From assembly GCA_013239625.1 (NCBI GenBank), contig MU053365.1, positions 498,001 through 562,000 of the forward strand: a stretch of 64,000 nucleotides of DNA. Reading direction: 5' to 3'. Source of the DNA: Lama guanicoe. Its lineage: Eukaryota. The position numbers and the translations under genes were made by a program. This document shows, in pieces, positions 51,071-64,000 of the stretch. Numbering within the stretch: the stretch's first letter is position 1; every line of letters starts with the position of its first letter. The notes under the pieces are model-generated. The model saw only the letters and a program-made list of their open reading frames with translations, made no database searches and was not told where the DNA came from.

Positions 51071-52474
51071 CCACCCTGTGGTGTCCACTCAGGTCACAAG
51101 TGTCTCGGTGCTTGATTCCCCAGTGACCTCACGGACACCTCTGGGAGAAGCTACAAGTCCCTGTCCAATCTGTATACAGTTCAGCAACTCCGCCCAGTGT
51201 TTTCTGCTATCTAAGAAGAAACAGAAGGAAAATCGACCTGTGGGTCTACTTTGAATTCTTGGAGATCCTCCAAAAACCAAAACAACTCTTCCTTCTAGAG
51301 GCAAGTAAAAAAGTCTTATCTGGAGATGGTTATTACGTTCTCAAATGAGCTTTAGTCTTCTATGGGAGACGGGAGATGTGTGACGGGCGTGGTAACTGGC
51401 AGAGGTGAGAGGAAACAGAGGTGTGGTGATGCACGCAGCTGGGTAACTGCTCTTCACCTTCTGTTTAACTAGCAAGAGGGCTTGGGTAATGTTTTGCTCT
51501 TGTGTTTATGTTGTCTGAATGCCAAGTGGTTTTTACTTATGCCACTGAGGGGAAAATGTCAATAACTTTATACTTGCATCATCCAGCCAATAACACTCAA
51601 ATAGAATGACATTCAGATCAAAGGTGGGAAGATTCTTGGTTTTGCTTCCCCCAGTGTTCTTTGCTCCTTAACGTGGCAAATCGGAAATGAAGGCTGGAAC
51701 CAGGATCATTTGTAAAGATTCCAGTACACTTAAAGGTGTCAATCCCTTTTTCCTTGTTTGTACTTTGGTTAATTTTTACAGACTGGGAAAATGAGTGGAG
51801 ACAGAAGATAAGCTCTGTGTGGTAAGCTCTTTCCAGCAAGATTACAGGAAAATTATTATTTTGGAATATCACATTTTTCAGCTACCTTGATGCCATTTTT
51901 TTTACTGTTCAGCTGCATGAAAAATTACCTAACTAGTTGGAATAGATTTCTTGACCCACGTATAGCTACATTAAATGGTGTAATTTAATGCAATCTAACT
52001 AAATTAGCACCAATTAGACAGGCTAAATTAAAGGACATGTCACTAATAAATTTTATGCTAAACATATTACTGATGATAAGCTCACTAAAATGCATGATGA
52101 AATAAAATATTCTTTTTAGCCTAGTTTAGTCCAAATAATATCGGAGTCTTTAGTATGGAATGTATCCCGCAAAACCTTTACTTCCTTTCAGAGAAATGGG
52201 AAAATAATATTCTGCTGTATTCACTATGGGTCTGATTTGTTTTTATGTTTACTATTATGATTTTTAAATCATATTTCCAAAACACTTCTCCTCAGGTGGA
52301 CTCAGTGTCCTAGCCTCTAAAAGGTGAAGTAACATTGACTGATCTCCAAGTTTACTCTAGGGCAGAGACAGGGTGTAGTTTCAGACGGTATTAGAAATAA
52401 TACTAAAGCTTTGGTATTAAGATAGCAGATTCTAGTCTGTCTCAGTTCTGCCATTTATCAGTTGGATCCACCTT

Positions 52475-52936
52475 TTGAAACCCAAAAATGGTCTCAAAAA
52501 GGGATGTCCATGGAATCTGTGAACATTACCTTCTATGGCAAAAGATGTGATTAAGTTAAGGATCTTGAGATGAGGATCTTATCCTGGATTATCTGGGTGG
52601 GCCTTAAACAAAATCATATATATTGTCACAAGAAAGAGGCAGAAGGAGTTTGGGGACAGACACAGAAAGAAGAGTAGAAGACACAAGCACAGAGAAGAAG
52701 TTGCTAAGAAGATGGAGGCAGAGATTGGAGTGATGGGGCCACAAGCCAAAGACTGCCAGCAGCCACCCAAAGCTGGAAGAGGCAAGGAAAGATTGTCCCC
52801 TAGAGCCTTCCGAGGGTCCTGCAGACTCCTTCAGGTTGTACTTCTAGTCTCTCAAACTATCGGAGAGTAAGTTTCTGTTGTTTTAACCCACTCCATTTGT
52901 GGCAAATTGCTACAGCAGCCACTGGAAACTAATACA
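52475..52936 (+). mobile_element. Solo MaLR LTR (MLT1D-like)
   Basis: gatgtgattaagttaaggatcttgagatg...ttatcctggattatctgggtgggcc...atggaggcagagattggagtgatg...agctggaagaggcaagg...acagcagccactggaaactaataca. Confidence 0.9.
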
Positions 52937-55900
52937 ACACTGGAGATTGACTTGGCTCAGCCAGAAAACGGGGCTAACAGTGTCTATCTTACAGATTCAA
53001 TGCGATAAGCTTCCAAATGATAATAACAAAGGCAGGTGCTTACATAGGACTGACCATGTGCTACTGAGGAAAGCAACGCACCTGCTAGCACAGTGGTCCT
53101 TATGCCAGCCTGTCAGTTTCAGAAGTTCTAATTTTATAAGCTATTTTCAGATACCACAATAGAAGATGCATCTCATATAGAATATATAGGTGTAACTTGG
53201 AAGAACTTGTGAACCAAAAGAAAGAGACAACTCTTTCCTGGCCATATAATCAACTTTTCTAACAAATGTCTTCCTTGACATCAACCATCTCTAAATGAAC
53301 AAAGAAGGCTGTGCTGTGCTGTAGAGCTTCTCACTGAAGGCAGATCCATTTGCATGAATAATCACTCAAAATAAGGATGTGTTGATTGTGCATAATTACA
53401 ATGAATCAAGCAAAAGAGCTGAACTACCCAATCAATAAAAATCACTCTTCAGGTTCCAGTCCAATAAAGTCCAACTCACTCTTTCCGATAGCTCAGAAGC
53501 CCCCCCAAAGTTCGTTACATGATGAAACAGTTACTGATTTTTATTTTTTGTCTGCCACTTGGCTGACGAACAAGGAACAGCACTGAGCAATTGCTCTGCA
53601 GAGAGCAGCCTGTCCAGTTAGTTGTGAACTGCACTCCCAACCTGCTGGTCTGAGGCCAAAGAAATGAAATTGCCCTCCAAGCAAAACCAATAGGTTCCCA
53701 TAAACATGACGGAGAAGGAGAGGGGAACTGCAGAATTGTACAGGTTGCTCTTTGACTCTCTGGTTTTCTTGTTTAAGCGGTGGTATTTTAATCATCAGTA
53801 TTCAAATGGCAGTTGTGAAATCTATAATATATCTGTATTTGTATAGATAAAAATCTGATGGGAAACACAAGAAAGGTTAATGAGTAAGGGAGGAATGTAG
53901 GCTATGAAGTCAGCAAAGTGGGAAGGAAGAGGGAGAAGTAGAGAAAGAGATAAGATCATTAGACACACACCTCTCCAGGCTCTTATTTTCCTCCATGTCA
54001 GTCTGTGCTCATACAAAGAGGATATAACATCTATCTCCTGCTAAAAGACAGTCATCAGAGCTACAATAAGTGCTCAGTTGTGGATGGTGATTGTATGTGA
54101 GGTTCCTGGTACGTCTCTTCCTCCTTCTAAATAATTTTCATAACTTTTTAATCATTCTTTAAATTGTCTTTGCTAATATTCATTTTAATTTTTTTGACTG
54201 CCTTGATTCATTTTTTTGGAAAAAGTTAGGATATAAACCACTAACGGTAAGTGAGTTAAAAAGTGATAGGACATAGGCAGTTATTCTAAGTCACAGTTTC
54301 TGACCGGTATGTGCTAGTATTTGTATCTGCAGTGATGCAACATGAGTCCTACATCTTCATTTGAAGAGAAGACTCTCTGAAATGGAGGTTTTCTCCCAAA
54401 AGCTCAAGACTGTCTACATGAAATAACTTACTGAAGCATGGTGGTCACTCATCTCCCACATTCTAACTCTTCGCAAAATGAGTGACTTCTAACTCTGATT
54501 TCCTAAGAGAAGCCTAATTTCCTGTGAATTTAGGGGCCTCTTCATCCCTGTTTTCTATATATTTCTAACACCGAGGAACTCTGCAGAGCCAACATCCTCC
54601 CCTAGATGGTTTCCATCTCACACAAAGAAAAACACTACCTTCTGCCCTATTTCCTACCAGAAAATCTCCCTGCTCCTAAAATAAGAGCTAATGTCATCAA
54701 CCCTTTGACAATGTTTTTGTCTTCAACAGCAGCTTTACATCTCTATAGAATACTCGACACTTGCATTTGGCATTCTGATTAATTCTCTCCCCAGTTTTGC
54801 ATATTTCCAGGACGAATCTCATTTACTACTCCGGAGGCTACCCGCTTCACAAGTGCTTGTGAAATTGCCCTGGCCCTCAATGTGGTTAGAGGAGGCTGGT
54901 TAATAAGAGCTGGAAATGGTCTTCATTGGAGGGTCACTTTCTCCTCATAAAAATTTGAAAAAAAAAAGAAAGAAACCCCAATCAAATGTATAGTCACTAT
55001 TACTTTCATAGTTCCCCACAGTAATTACTTCTTTTTAAAAAAAGGTACATAACTTTGTCTTACGACAAAAAGGGTATAGTATTTATATAAAATTCAGGAA
55101 ATGCAGGTAATGAAGAAGATGCTATAGCCCCCCCCACCTAGAAACTGCTAGCATTAACATCTTGGCATAGGGTCTTCTAGTGTTTTTTTAATAAACACAC
55201 ATATGCTTTTCTTTTTTTGAGCCTTTTTTGGCTTTTTTTTAAAACAAAAAAGATTATACCATACGTAACCAACTGTTCCTTGATCAGTGGATTGATATTG
55301 GTTATTATATTTTGTCTTATGTTGGTTTTGCTTCCACAGTACTTTAACTCTGGGACAAACAAATAAATGTAAAATAAAATTTATAAGGCATCTGTTTTCT
55401 CAATCCTAATTCTAAGCTTAAATATCTCTTATTTCTTCATTGCCTTCAACTATTTGGAAATTCCTCATAATGAAACCGTCACACAGCTTTCATGAGAGGA
55501 GAAAAAGATTACACCCCAAACAGACTTTTGGAAAGGCTTTTGATGGAAATTTTAAAGTAATCAGATATTATACCTGAAATTCATAAGGTGCTCAGGTGAA
55601 AAAAAAACTTGAAAATGAAAACCACTCTTCTATAATGAACACATGATATTTTAAACAGCCAACGTTAAACTCATCAAAAACATCATTTTGCCATTCTTTC
55701 CTCTTGGATTCTACATTTCAAACATCCAAGCTGCTTTCAGATGCCTCTATAATCCTTTCTTCATGGCTACACACTGTGATGCATAAAGGATGAGAAATCA
55801 AAGTTGTCAGCCATCTGAGAATTTTTAATGTATCAAGCATCGCCTTCTAAATACATTTCTATTTCATTTCAAAAACAAAACATGAGTGATTTAGTCGAAA

Positions 55901-56804
55901 AAAGTCAGTCTGGTTCATTAACCTATAACTGTACCAAAGCAAGAGTCAATTACATTGCCACATCAGATGTGTGTTGAGATAATTACCCCAAAAAGAAGAT
56001 GTAAGGATGCCCATAAAAGCAGTGAAATGTGACCTATTAAATCAGGCTGTAACCTATTATGGGTCAAAAAACACATTTGTAAGGCCAGCAGTCCCCTGCC
56101 TGCATCCACTCTTGCATGAATTCTGCAGGTGTCTTTTGCAAGTAAACTTTCGATCTGTCCTTTCATTTCAAATTGGAGTCTGGCCTTCCTACCTTCATGA
56201 CTCCTGGCTATCTGGGATGGATGTATGCACTTCAGAGAACTAATTGCTTACTTCAGATCGCGTCCCTTGAAATCTGTTGGCAAAACCTGACATAATAGGC
56301 CAAGATCATGCTGTATTAAATAAGCAGGGAGTCATTTCGGTTCACTTTCCTATAAGTTCTCCTCTTGTTAATATTTTGTAACATTGATTTCTATCTCCAA
56401 ATGCAACATCTGTTACAGCTAGAGAGCAAATGAGTCAGCAATCAGATTGACTGAGGATCACCTGGTGTGAGAGGAGAAAAAATATTTACTACTGTCTTTA
56501 CTTGGATGACTGCCAGTCACAACACAGACAAGATGGTGATGGGGCTCAAAGGTGGCTTCTCTTCTGGGAATTCAATGGGTTGGAGGAGTGTTCATTCCCA
56601 GTCGGCCCAGTATGGAAATCAGGAGCCATCTTATTGCAATTACAGATGAAAAAGAGAAGAAGAAAATGGTTATGAGGAGGAAGCGCAGGTCTTAGTCCTG
56701 TTTGTGGCAAATCATCAGGTCCTTCTATAACTGGATACATTGTCTTTGAAAACTGGTATTTTCTTCTTTGATGACACAAAGGAGCCATTTCATCCTGGGC
56801 ACAC

Positions 56805-57312
56805 TGTAATCCTGTCCATAAAATCACCTGCACTTTCGGAGAACTCAGCACATAGCTGGAGTCACAGCTAAGGTTTCTGACAGTATAAGAAAGGGGGAAG
56901 ACACAGGTGGCATCTGGAGAAATCCCTGTGCAGGCTTCCTTATGTCCTGTCCCTCCCGTGAAGGGCCATACAGAGCGCATTCTGCCCCAACAGTGAAAAT
57001 GTCATCGCACACCCCTGATGCCTCTGCCCAGGGCAGCTCATTCGAGACTTGGCACTCACGGTTTGGGCGGCTGGCCGCATGGGCACTCTTTGCCTAGCAA
57101 GGACCAAAATTCCAAGACTTCCAGAAAGAAAGCAGATGTTCAGCATAAATCACATTGCCTGTAGGAACAGTCTAGGTTCAATGAGCCAACTTTTTCAGCT
57201 AGGGAATGTCTTCAAAGCCAAGTTCCCAGAGGCCAGCCAAGGGCCAACTCTGCAAGCAGGTCCTTCTAAAGATTCCGGTTTCCAGGCTGCCATGTTAAGT
57301 CTTTTCTGCACA
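56805..57312 (-). mobile_element. Solo ERVL-class LTR (MER68/MER77-like)
   Basis: Reverse complement begins TGTGCAGAAAAGACTTAACATGGCAGCCTG...CTTTAGAAGGACCTGCTTGCAGAGTTGGCCCTTGGCTGGCCTCTGGGAACTTGG. The left boundary is approximate. Confidence 0.8.
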
Positions 57313-57639
57313 AAGACACTTGCTGTGAAATGCATTTTTACTATATGAACTGCAAATAGCTGCAGTGTGCAACCAACAAGTCATCACAAGCAGGTCAAGG
57401 GAGTCTCTGTGTTAAAATATGTTTTATGATCGATCCTCATGAAGGCGTGAGAGGCTCGCCCTGTTCAGGCTCCTCAAATGTTCCATCCAAGACTTCCTTT
57501 CCCAACTGCAGGAGCCATGGTCCTCCCTTCTACTTCTCAGTGGATCATGGATGACCTTGCAATATTACTTATGATGCAATTTAAACTGGCATGAGATTCG
57601 ACCATTCATCCTTGTCTTTATTATATTTACTCCACTTGT

Positions 57640-57995
57640 AGTGCCTCCTGTTCTGGAAATCACACACCTCCCTCCCACTCCACAATGAGAAATCCTACCA
57701 ATACTTCAAAGTTCAGATCAAATATTTCCTGCTTCTGAGACCTTCCCAATAACCCTGGCTGGAGTTGATCTGCACCTCTCATAGCGGTTTCTACCTTGAA
57801 TTATGGTTATCTGTGTGCCAACCTTGCCACAGGCACACGATTTTCCTTTCTAATCTGCAAGCGGCATGAAGGCAGGGTCCAGTCCAATCGTGACACATTT
57901 CTATTCTCTCCAGGCTTTCCCCTATCAACACCGCGAATGTCTAACCGAGTACTCACACATAGTAGGTACTACGCAAGTGCATGTTGGATGGCTGG
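57640..57995 (+). mobile_element. L2 3' region
   Basis: aaatcctaccaatacttcaaagttcagatcaaat...catgaaggcaggg...cacatagtaggtact...tgttggatggctgga. Confidence 0.75.
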
Positions 57996-58538
57996 ATTAC
58001 CAAATAATCTGGAAAGGCTTTGAATTGGCCCAGATTAATTTCAAGGCTGATGATAAGTGGATTTATAGAGAAGGTGCACTTTCACAGGGATAGCACTGCC
58101 TGCAGCAGCAGAGGCGACAATGTTGTAGAACCGTTTTCACTTGCATGCAAACTGTACTTCTTTGAAATGAACTTCCCATTTGGACAACTGGAAATCTGGG
58201 GCTCTTTCCTGGGAGTCAGCCCAAAATTTAATATCAGGGCAAGGAGAAGGGACTGAGTTTGGAAGCTGTTCAATCAATCTCGTGTCCTGAGTCAGAGAAG
58301 CATCATTTTTCCACGTGACTCCAACAATCCTGGCTCTCTCCCCAAACGTTCAGAGTATCTGTTCTGGATTCCCGCTGAAATGACAGCCCCCAGGGGGCAA
58401 CAGGAGCCAAGCCCAGGGTGGAAGGGCAGGACCAGTCTTTGTTCCCTATGTACCGAGAAGTGGCACTACATTTCTGACCGAGCTCCCCAGGGATACACTT
58501 GGACATCAAGCACAATGCATTTAAAAACTGTTTAAAAT

Positions 58539-58665
58539 CTAGTAGGCTATCGATGTCTATTTCATTGATCGTTCTTTCAGGGGATTTCTCTTGTTCTTTT
58601 AATTGGGAATGGTTTCTCTGCTTCTTCATCTTGCTCATATCTCTCTGGCACTGTGGCTTATGGAG
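58539..58665 (-). mobile_element. Isolated young LINE-1 ORF1 N-terminal fragment
   Basis: Encodes MSKMKKQRNHSQLKEQEKSPERTINEIDIDSLLD (within ORF 58303-58668), which resembles a laurasiatherian L1 ORF1p start. No tail or clear TSD. Confidence 0.75.
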
Positions 58666-58844
58666 CAAAGTTTATCAGTCGGGAACCAGAATACATCATT
58701 GTCAGCACTGCCTGCCACCCTGTCACCTTAGTCTCTTCTGTTACAGGTTTGTGTTCTGGCCATTCTTGAAAACCACACACACTGCAGGCTCACTGGCAGC
58801 CTTCACACTGCTATCACTGCCTTTTCTCCCCATAATAGCCCCTG

Positions 58845-59307
58845 TGATAAATATGTTTTCTCTCTACCCACTTTGGTGAGAGTTTTTATCATAAATGGGT
58901 GTTGAATTTTATCAAATGCTTTTTCTGCATCTATTGAGATGATCGTGTGGTTTTTGTCCTTTCTCTCGTTGATGTGATGTATTACATTGATTGATTTGCG
59001 TATGTTGAACCAGCCTTGTGTCCCTGGGATGAACCCAACTTGATCATGGTATATAATCTTTTTTATGCGTTGTTGGATTCTGTTTGCTAACATTTTGTTG
59101 ACTAACATTTGCATCTTCTACCATATTTAAAATAGATAAAAACAAGTTTATACTGTATAGCACAGGGAACTATATTCACTATCTTGTAGTGAGTTATAAT
59201 GAAAAAGAATACAAAAACGAATATATGTATGTATATGTATGACTGAAACATGATGCTGCACACCAGAAATTGACATATTGTAACTCACTATACTTTAATT
59301 AAAAAAA
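58845..59307 (+). mobile_element. Young L1 insertion with an inverted RT segment joined to the 3' tail
   Basis: 58845-59114 is antisense RT ([41 protein letters not shown]...[18 protein letters not shown]); ~59120-59307 is sense 3'UTR plus A tail. TSD aatagcccctg at 58834-58844 and 59308-59318. Confidence 0.92.
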
Positions 59308-59499
59308 AATAGCCCCTGCATAATGAAGGGGCATCTTGCTTTCCACAAAACAGGTCCACATTGTAAAGATTTTTATAGCACGCTTTTCTACAATAGAAGT
59401 CTAATTTATCTGTTTGGTAATATGATTTTTCATCTCTCAAATGTCCCTCAAGCAGGGCCCACTTTATTGGGAGAGACGGGGAGCATCACGGTGTCGGTG

Positions 59500-59600
59500 C
59501 ACAATGCACACTGGCGTCTCTGACCTCAGCTCTCTCATCTGTAGATCGGGCAGCATGCTACCTCCTTCAAAGGGCTGTGCAGGGGGATTAAATAAAGAAG
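59500..59600 (+). mobile_element. MIR fragment
   Basis: tctctgacctcagctctctcatctgtagatcggg...ctacctccttcaaagggctgtgcagggggattaaat. Confidence 0.7.
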
Positions 59601-62600
59601 TGGGGATAAAAAAAGAAGTGAAAAGGTGGCAAGATCTGCTTCCTAAATCCATGTTGTCTGGGAGACCACATACCACTTGGGATCAGATGTACAACAAACA
59701 AGAAATAAACAAAAACATATCCCTGTAACTTTCTGCCAAAGCAGAGACATTTTGGTCATTGTACCCGAAATGCTGCCCTTTCATTTTCTCCCAATCTTCA
59801 CCTGAGAAAGCCAGTTTTCTTTTGAATTTATTCTTCACGTGATGTCTATGGGAAAGCCTTATCTGTAGCCTAAGCCATTAGTCCTCTCAAGCTGAAAGGT
59901 CCTACAGACCACGGTGACTTACAAATGTGTCTGTGTGTGTGCGTGTGAATATGTACACATTTTTGTTTCATTTTGAAAGCGGACCCCACCCTCTGCTCCA
60001 GCCACCAGATACTCTCTAAAATCGCCAGGCAGGGCAGCAGGGTGGTGACAGCAGGCTTGCACCCCTGCGAACCTGCAAGTACAGGTCTGGACATGTGAAC
60101 TGCATTTAATTAAGGCCTCTTAATCTCTGCTCCCAGTTCTTGGGGAGAAGGGGCAGTTGCAGGTAACTGGGACACATGTCCCAGATACAGGGGCCACAAG
60201 GGTTCACAAGTTTAGACTTGGAAGCATATGTGACCAGATCATTGCAGTCAGCATGATGGATGCTCTAAAAGCTGTAGGAACAGACGGAAGTGGGACCAGG
60301 GAGACAGAGAGGAAGTGCCAGGGGTGGGGCTGGGAAGGGAGCAGAGTGAACTTCAGAAGAGAGACCAGGAGAAGGCTCGTGTAGGGTGAATAAGAGTTCA
60401 CCAGGCAGAGAAAGTGGGGACAGCTCAATGTTCCAAGAAGAAAGGAACAGCCCAAAGGAGGCGTGTGGCCTGAGGTGGGCACCAGCCAGTGCGCTTACAG
60501 CCAGCCTCCCAGGGACCTTGGCCATTAGGATATAAGCGTTGAGATTATGTTGTCAAGTCTGATTATGTCGGAGCCACACTTTACAATCACTCTTTCTATA
60601 CAATGGCCATGGTTATCATGACCTGCTTCACAAAAGCCTCAGAAAGAAAATAAAATACAATTGCCTTCAATGATATCTGCAGATGTAGAAGGCTATATAT
60701 AGAGCTGGGTAGTATTGCTCATTAAAGAAGCATTAACTATCCTTCACCTACATGACAAGCCAAGTTGTGAAAATAAAGCTGTCTTTTTTCATTAAGAATA
60801 ACCAACTGAGTTGGTGATGCCAATAATCACCCTCTATCAAGACGCTTGTAATTTGTTTGTCAGCCTTTTTAAGTTCTTAGCAAATCAGTTTCTTTAGCGT
60901 GTGGTTGCAAGGATGTTAGGAAATGACAGGCTTTGGAACGCCTTTCTCTCTTAAGACAGGGTTTTAGGATGCTGAGTCCTCCGTCGGTGGGGCCTGCCAT
61001 CGTCCTTTGGCCTGTATGTCTAAATCTCTCAATTGAAAACTCTCTTCTGAGTCCATCATTGGAGGTGTTTCGTTTGTTTCTTCACAACACAAATCTCCTG
61101 AGACAGTCACATTGATGCCATTTGTTACGCCACAGTCATGCTTTCTTCCATGATGTTATTTTCTCAGATAAAGTCCTTTTACTTAAGAAGTTGTTAATAT
61201 TTAGCTTTTACAATCAGATCTGAATTGACTGTGATCATTTAACTACGTTAATAATACAAATTGGACTTTATGATAAATCATCATTTTTAAAATTTTGGCA
61301 CTGAAAATTCTCTTTCCCTTTCAAGCACCTTTCTTTAACACAAATGTACAAAAAAGGAATCATTTGTATAATTCACGTTGATAAGAACTGTATCACCTGT
61401 ACAGTTGGCATCTGAGAAGTTAAATGCAAATGGCATTTTGGGTATTTATTGTGATCCTTAAAATCAGATACTAGTTACTTTCTCTTCTGCCCTTTTCCCT
61501 TAGGCCCAAACCAAACAGACAAACAAAAACAAAGTCCAAACAAAAATGTGGAAAGCCAAGGAAAGAGAATGCTACACATAATCAAGGGGGAATCCATACC
61601 TCAGGACTTCTGAGCACTGGCAAATTCTGAGAGAACACTAAGCCAGGAAGAAAGCTGAAAATGATCAGGGTCATAAAATTAGAGAAACCTCAGGCACCAT
61701 CACCCTAAATAAATAACTCTTGACAGATCAGACGCCTTCTTGCTTCTTAGGAAGGAAATCTACAACCTCAGACAGCCATCCCCTGCAACGTTGTGAAGGG
61801 CCCGAGATGGTAAGGCGTTCAATGCTACCTTAAACAGCAATCATGTGTGCTATGCAAAAAGGGGTTCTATAAACCCCACTCCATCTGCTTTTGGAAAGCA
61901 ACTAAGGTACACTTTGTTTATGCAGAGATAATCTTAACCCCCAATCAGGAAGTAAGGGGCTTTGAAAACCTTTCCTTTCATATGTCTGGGTCCACCTCTC
62001 CTGCCAAGCACCCATACATTTCCAACAAAGATGGAATCAGGAGTTTCATGATCCACAATTAGTGCATCACGATATGACAGAGTGAATCTAATGGAAAAGA
62101 ATGAAATTACTCCCAAGGGTCCCTGGAGATTGAGCCAGGCAGCTAGGCTCACTGCTGCTACTGAAAAGACCAGAAGCTTCACCTTGGAAGAAGGAAAAAG
62201 GAAATAAGAGACGAGAAACAAGACAAGAGATGAGGAAGAGCAAAGAACACAGTGTGGTAGAGCAATACCACAGAGTAATGACTCCTGGGGCCCCATTAGA
62301 AGCCCCAGAACGCTGGCCCACACCTCACCCTGCCTCCCTCAACTGCCAGGATCACTGGAAATGTCACTCTTGTCAAAGAGATTGATTCTGGTGAGGAATT
62401 CAGAAACAAATATTTCAAAAGGATCTGTCAATGGGAAGCAAATTTTCCTTTTGAGTACAATCATTCAGAAATAGCAAATCTGAACTTCAAGATGAAATGA
62501 CAGGACTGTATCACAACGTCTTTTGACATCTGCATTTCTGAAACTGCCACAAACACTTTTTGTGCATGCCAAACGAATGACTGCATCCTCTGTTTTTATA

Positions 62601-63809
62601 AGACATGTGTGTGTAGGTACACATACAAAAGGAGATGAAAGGCAGATTTTAAGAATAAAATCACATTCTCAGAAAAAAAACAAAAACCAAAACCAGAAAC
62701 CAAACAAAGCCAACAAAATTACGATATGCAATCAACAAAAGAAATAAACATAATTCTTATCATTGCTACCACTAAAGTCGAATTCCTGAACTCACTTCCC
62801 ATTCTGATCTTGAACAAACAGGCAAATAAATGTGCATGTCCACAGTTCAATTATTTAAACAACTTATTTTATGGCAAAACCCTGAATTCATCAAAACTGC
62901 ATCTTTTAATGCTAATTCTAATTAGAACAAGCATTGCATTTTGTATGCTTTCCAATTATGCATGAGAAAAGTCAGCGTAAGTGTCCTCTCTGATCATAAT
63001 TATCTGTTCCTAATTTCAGTTTTGGCTATGACTTTGCACTCAAGGATGTAAATGTAACTGTTCCTGTCAGATGAAGATTAATTTGATTTAAGCCCTCTTT
63101 GTTCTAATTATATATTCTATTTCTGCTCACTATGCAAGTTTCTTTCTAAGCCACATCTGTATTTTATCACAACAATGGGGAATTTCTTTCGTATTTAAAA
63201 GGCGACCATAAGATTTCTTTTTGGCACCGTTATGACAATTTTCATTAAGCCAGTGCCAAAGGATTTCATATTTCAACTGACTAATCTACAGATTAATGTA
63301 ATTATTATTTGACTATTAAAGCATGAACTTTTCTGCAATGAAGTCTCTAAAAGTTATTGCTCTAATTACTCCCTCCACTCCCAGGAAAACCCTATGGTTG
63401 TGAGTTTTTTCCCTGAGCAAATTCCTTCACTGAGTGACACATTGTGTGCTATGCCTCCAACTGGCACCATGATAGAGACAGTAGTAAAAATAAAAAGGAA
63501 TCACTTGAGAATCAAAGCTATCTATCTGGAGGTCTGGAACCTGAGCATCCCTGTGTTCATCCTCAATTTCCCTGACTAATGTCTTACCTTGCTCCTTTAT
63601 AGACATAATTGGGTTAAAAGAAGTGGAAATCAGCAAATTAGATCTGTAGTGAGTTCTTCTTATTCATTCAAAGTTGAAAGTGTCCTAGGATCCAGCACTA
63701 AATCTGAAGTTGAACACCCAATGAACATGTTTTACACTTATCTCAGAGACCAGGATGTCAGATTTTGGTTTTTACTACCCTGGCAAAGCCCAGGAGGCAA
63801 AATATGCCA

Positions 63810-63940
63810 AATAATTCAATTCAACATACATTTTTTGAGTTTCCAGCACCCTGCCAAGTACCACAAAAGTCTGTACCAGGAGAATATGGGCAAATCTAGA
63901 TACCTTTAGCCTATATGATGCTCTGAGATTCTCAATGTTA
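63810..63940 (-). mobile_element. L2 3' end fragment
   Basis: attcaattcaacatacattttttgagt...gccaagtac. Confidence 0.5.
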
Positions 63941-64000
63941 AGAAAGATTTTTGAGAATCACTATTTGTTGTTTTGAGAATGGCCATGGTACATTTATTTG

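Noticed and set aside
1..64000. CRISPR arrays, prokaryotic operons or defence systems, rRNA, intact ERV
   Set aside because: There are no regularly spaced repeats, gene-dense ORFs, rRNA motifs or gag/pol/env; the LTRs appear to be solo.

Overview
This window is mammalian genomic DNA, not microbial. It is most likely camelid, based on a Vic-1-type tRNA-derived SINE at 9671-9803 and cetartiodactyl-type L1 3' ends. It reads as intronic or gene-desert sequence. No ORF in the six-frame track matches a host protein I recognise; the only recognisable translated ORFs are LINE-1 fragments. Much of the window is decayed transposons: L1 of several ages, L2, L3/CR1, MIR, hAT MITEs (MER3, MER58A, MER81) and solo LTRs (MLT1, MER68/77-like). 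Between them lie transposon-free AT-rich blocks dense in homeodomain-type motifs, which look like conserved non-coding elements. The observations most worth checking are: (i) a CpG-rich, promoter-like segment near 50.5 kb and several small minus-strand exon candidates (46045-46189, 21031-21079 and a 24-nt microexon at 5753-5776) whose phases happen to be compatible; (ii) a ~150-bp degenerate palindrome at 6055-6205; (iii) two 5'-inverted (twin-primed) L1 insertions with target-site duplications, plus an orphan L1 ORF1 fragment; and (iv) a multi-layer nested transposon stack at 12.5-19.8 kb. I could not name a host gene and found no evidence for a wholly new system. Repeat family names come from recalled consensus sequences, and boundaries are approximate unless a TSD is quoted.
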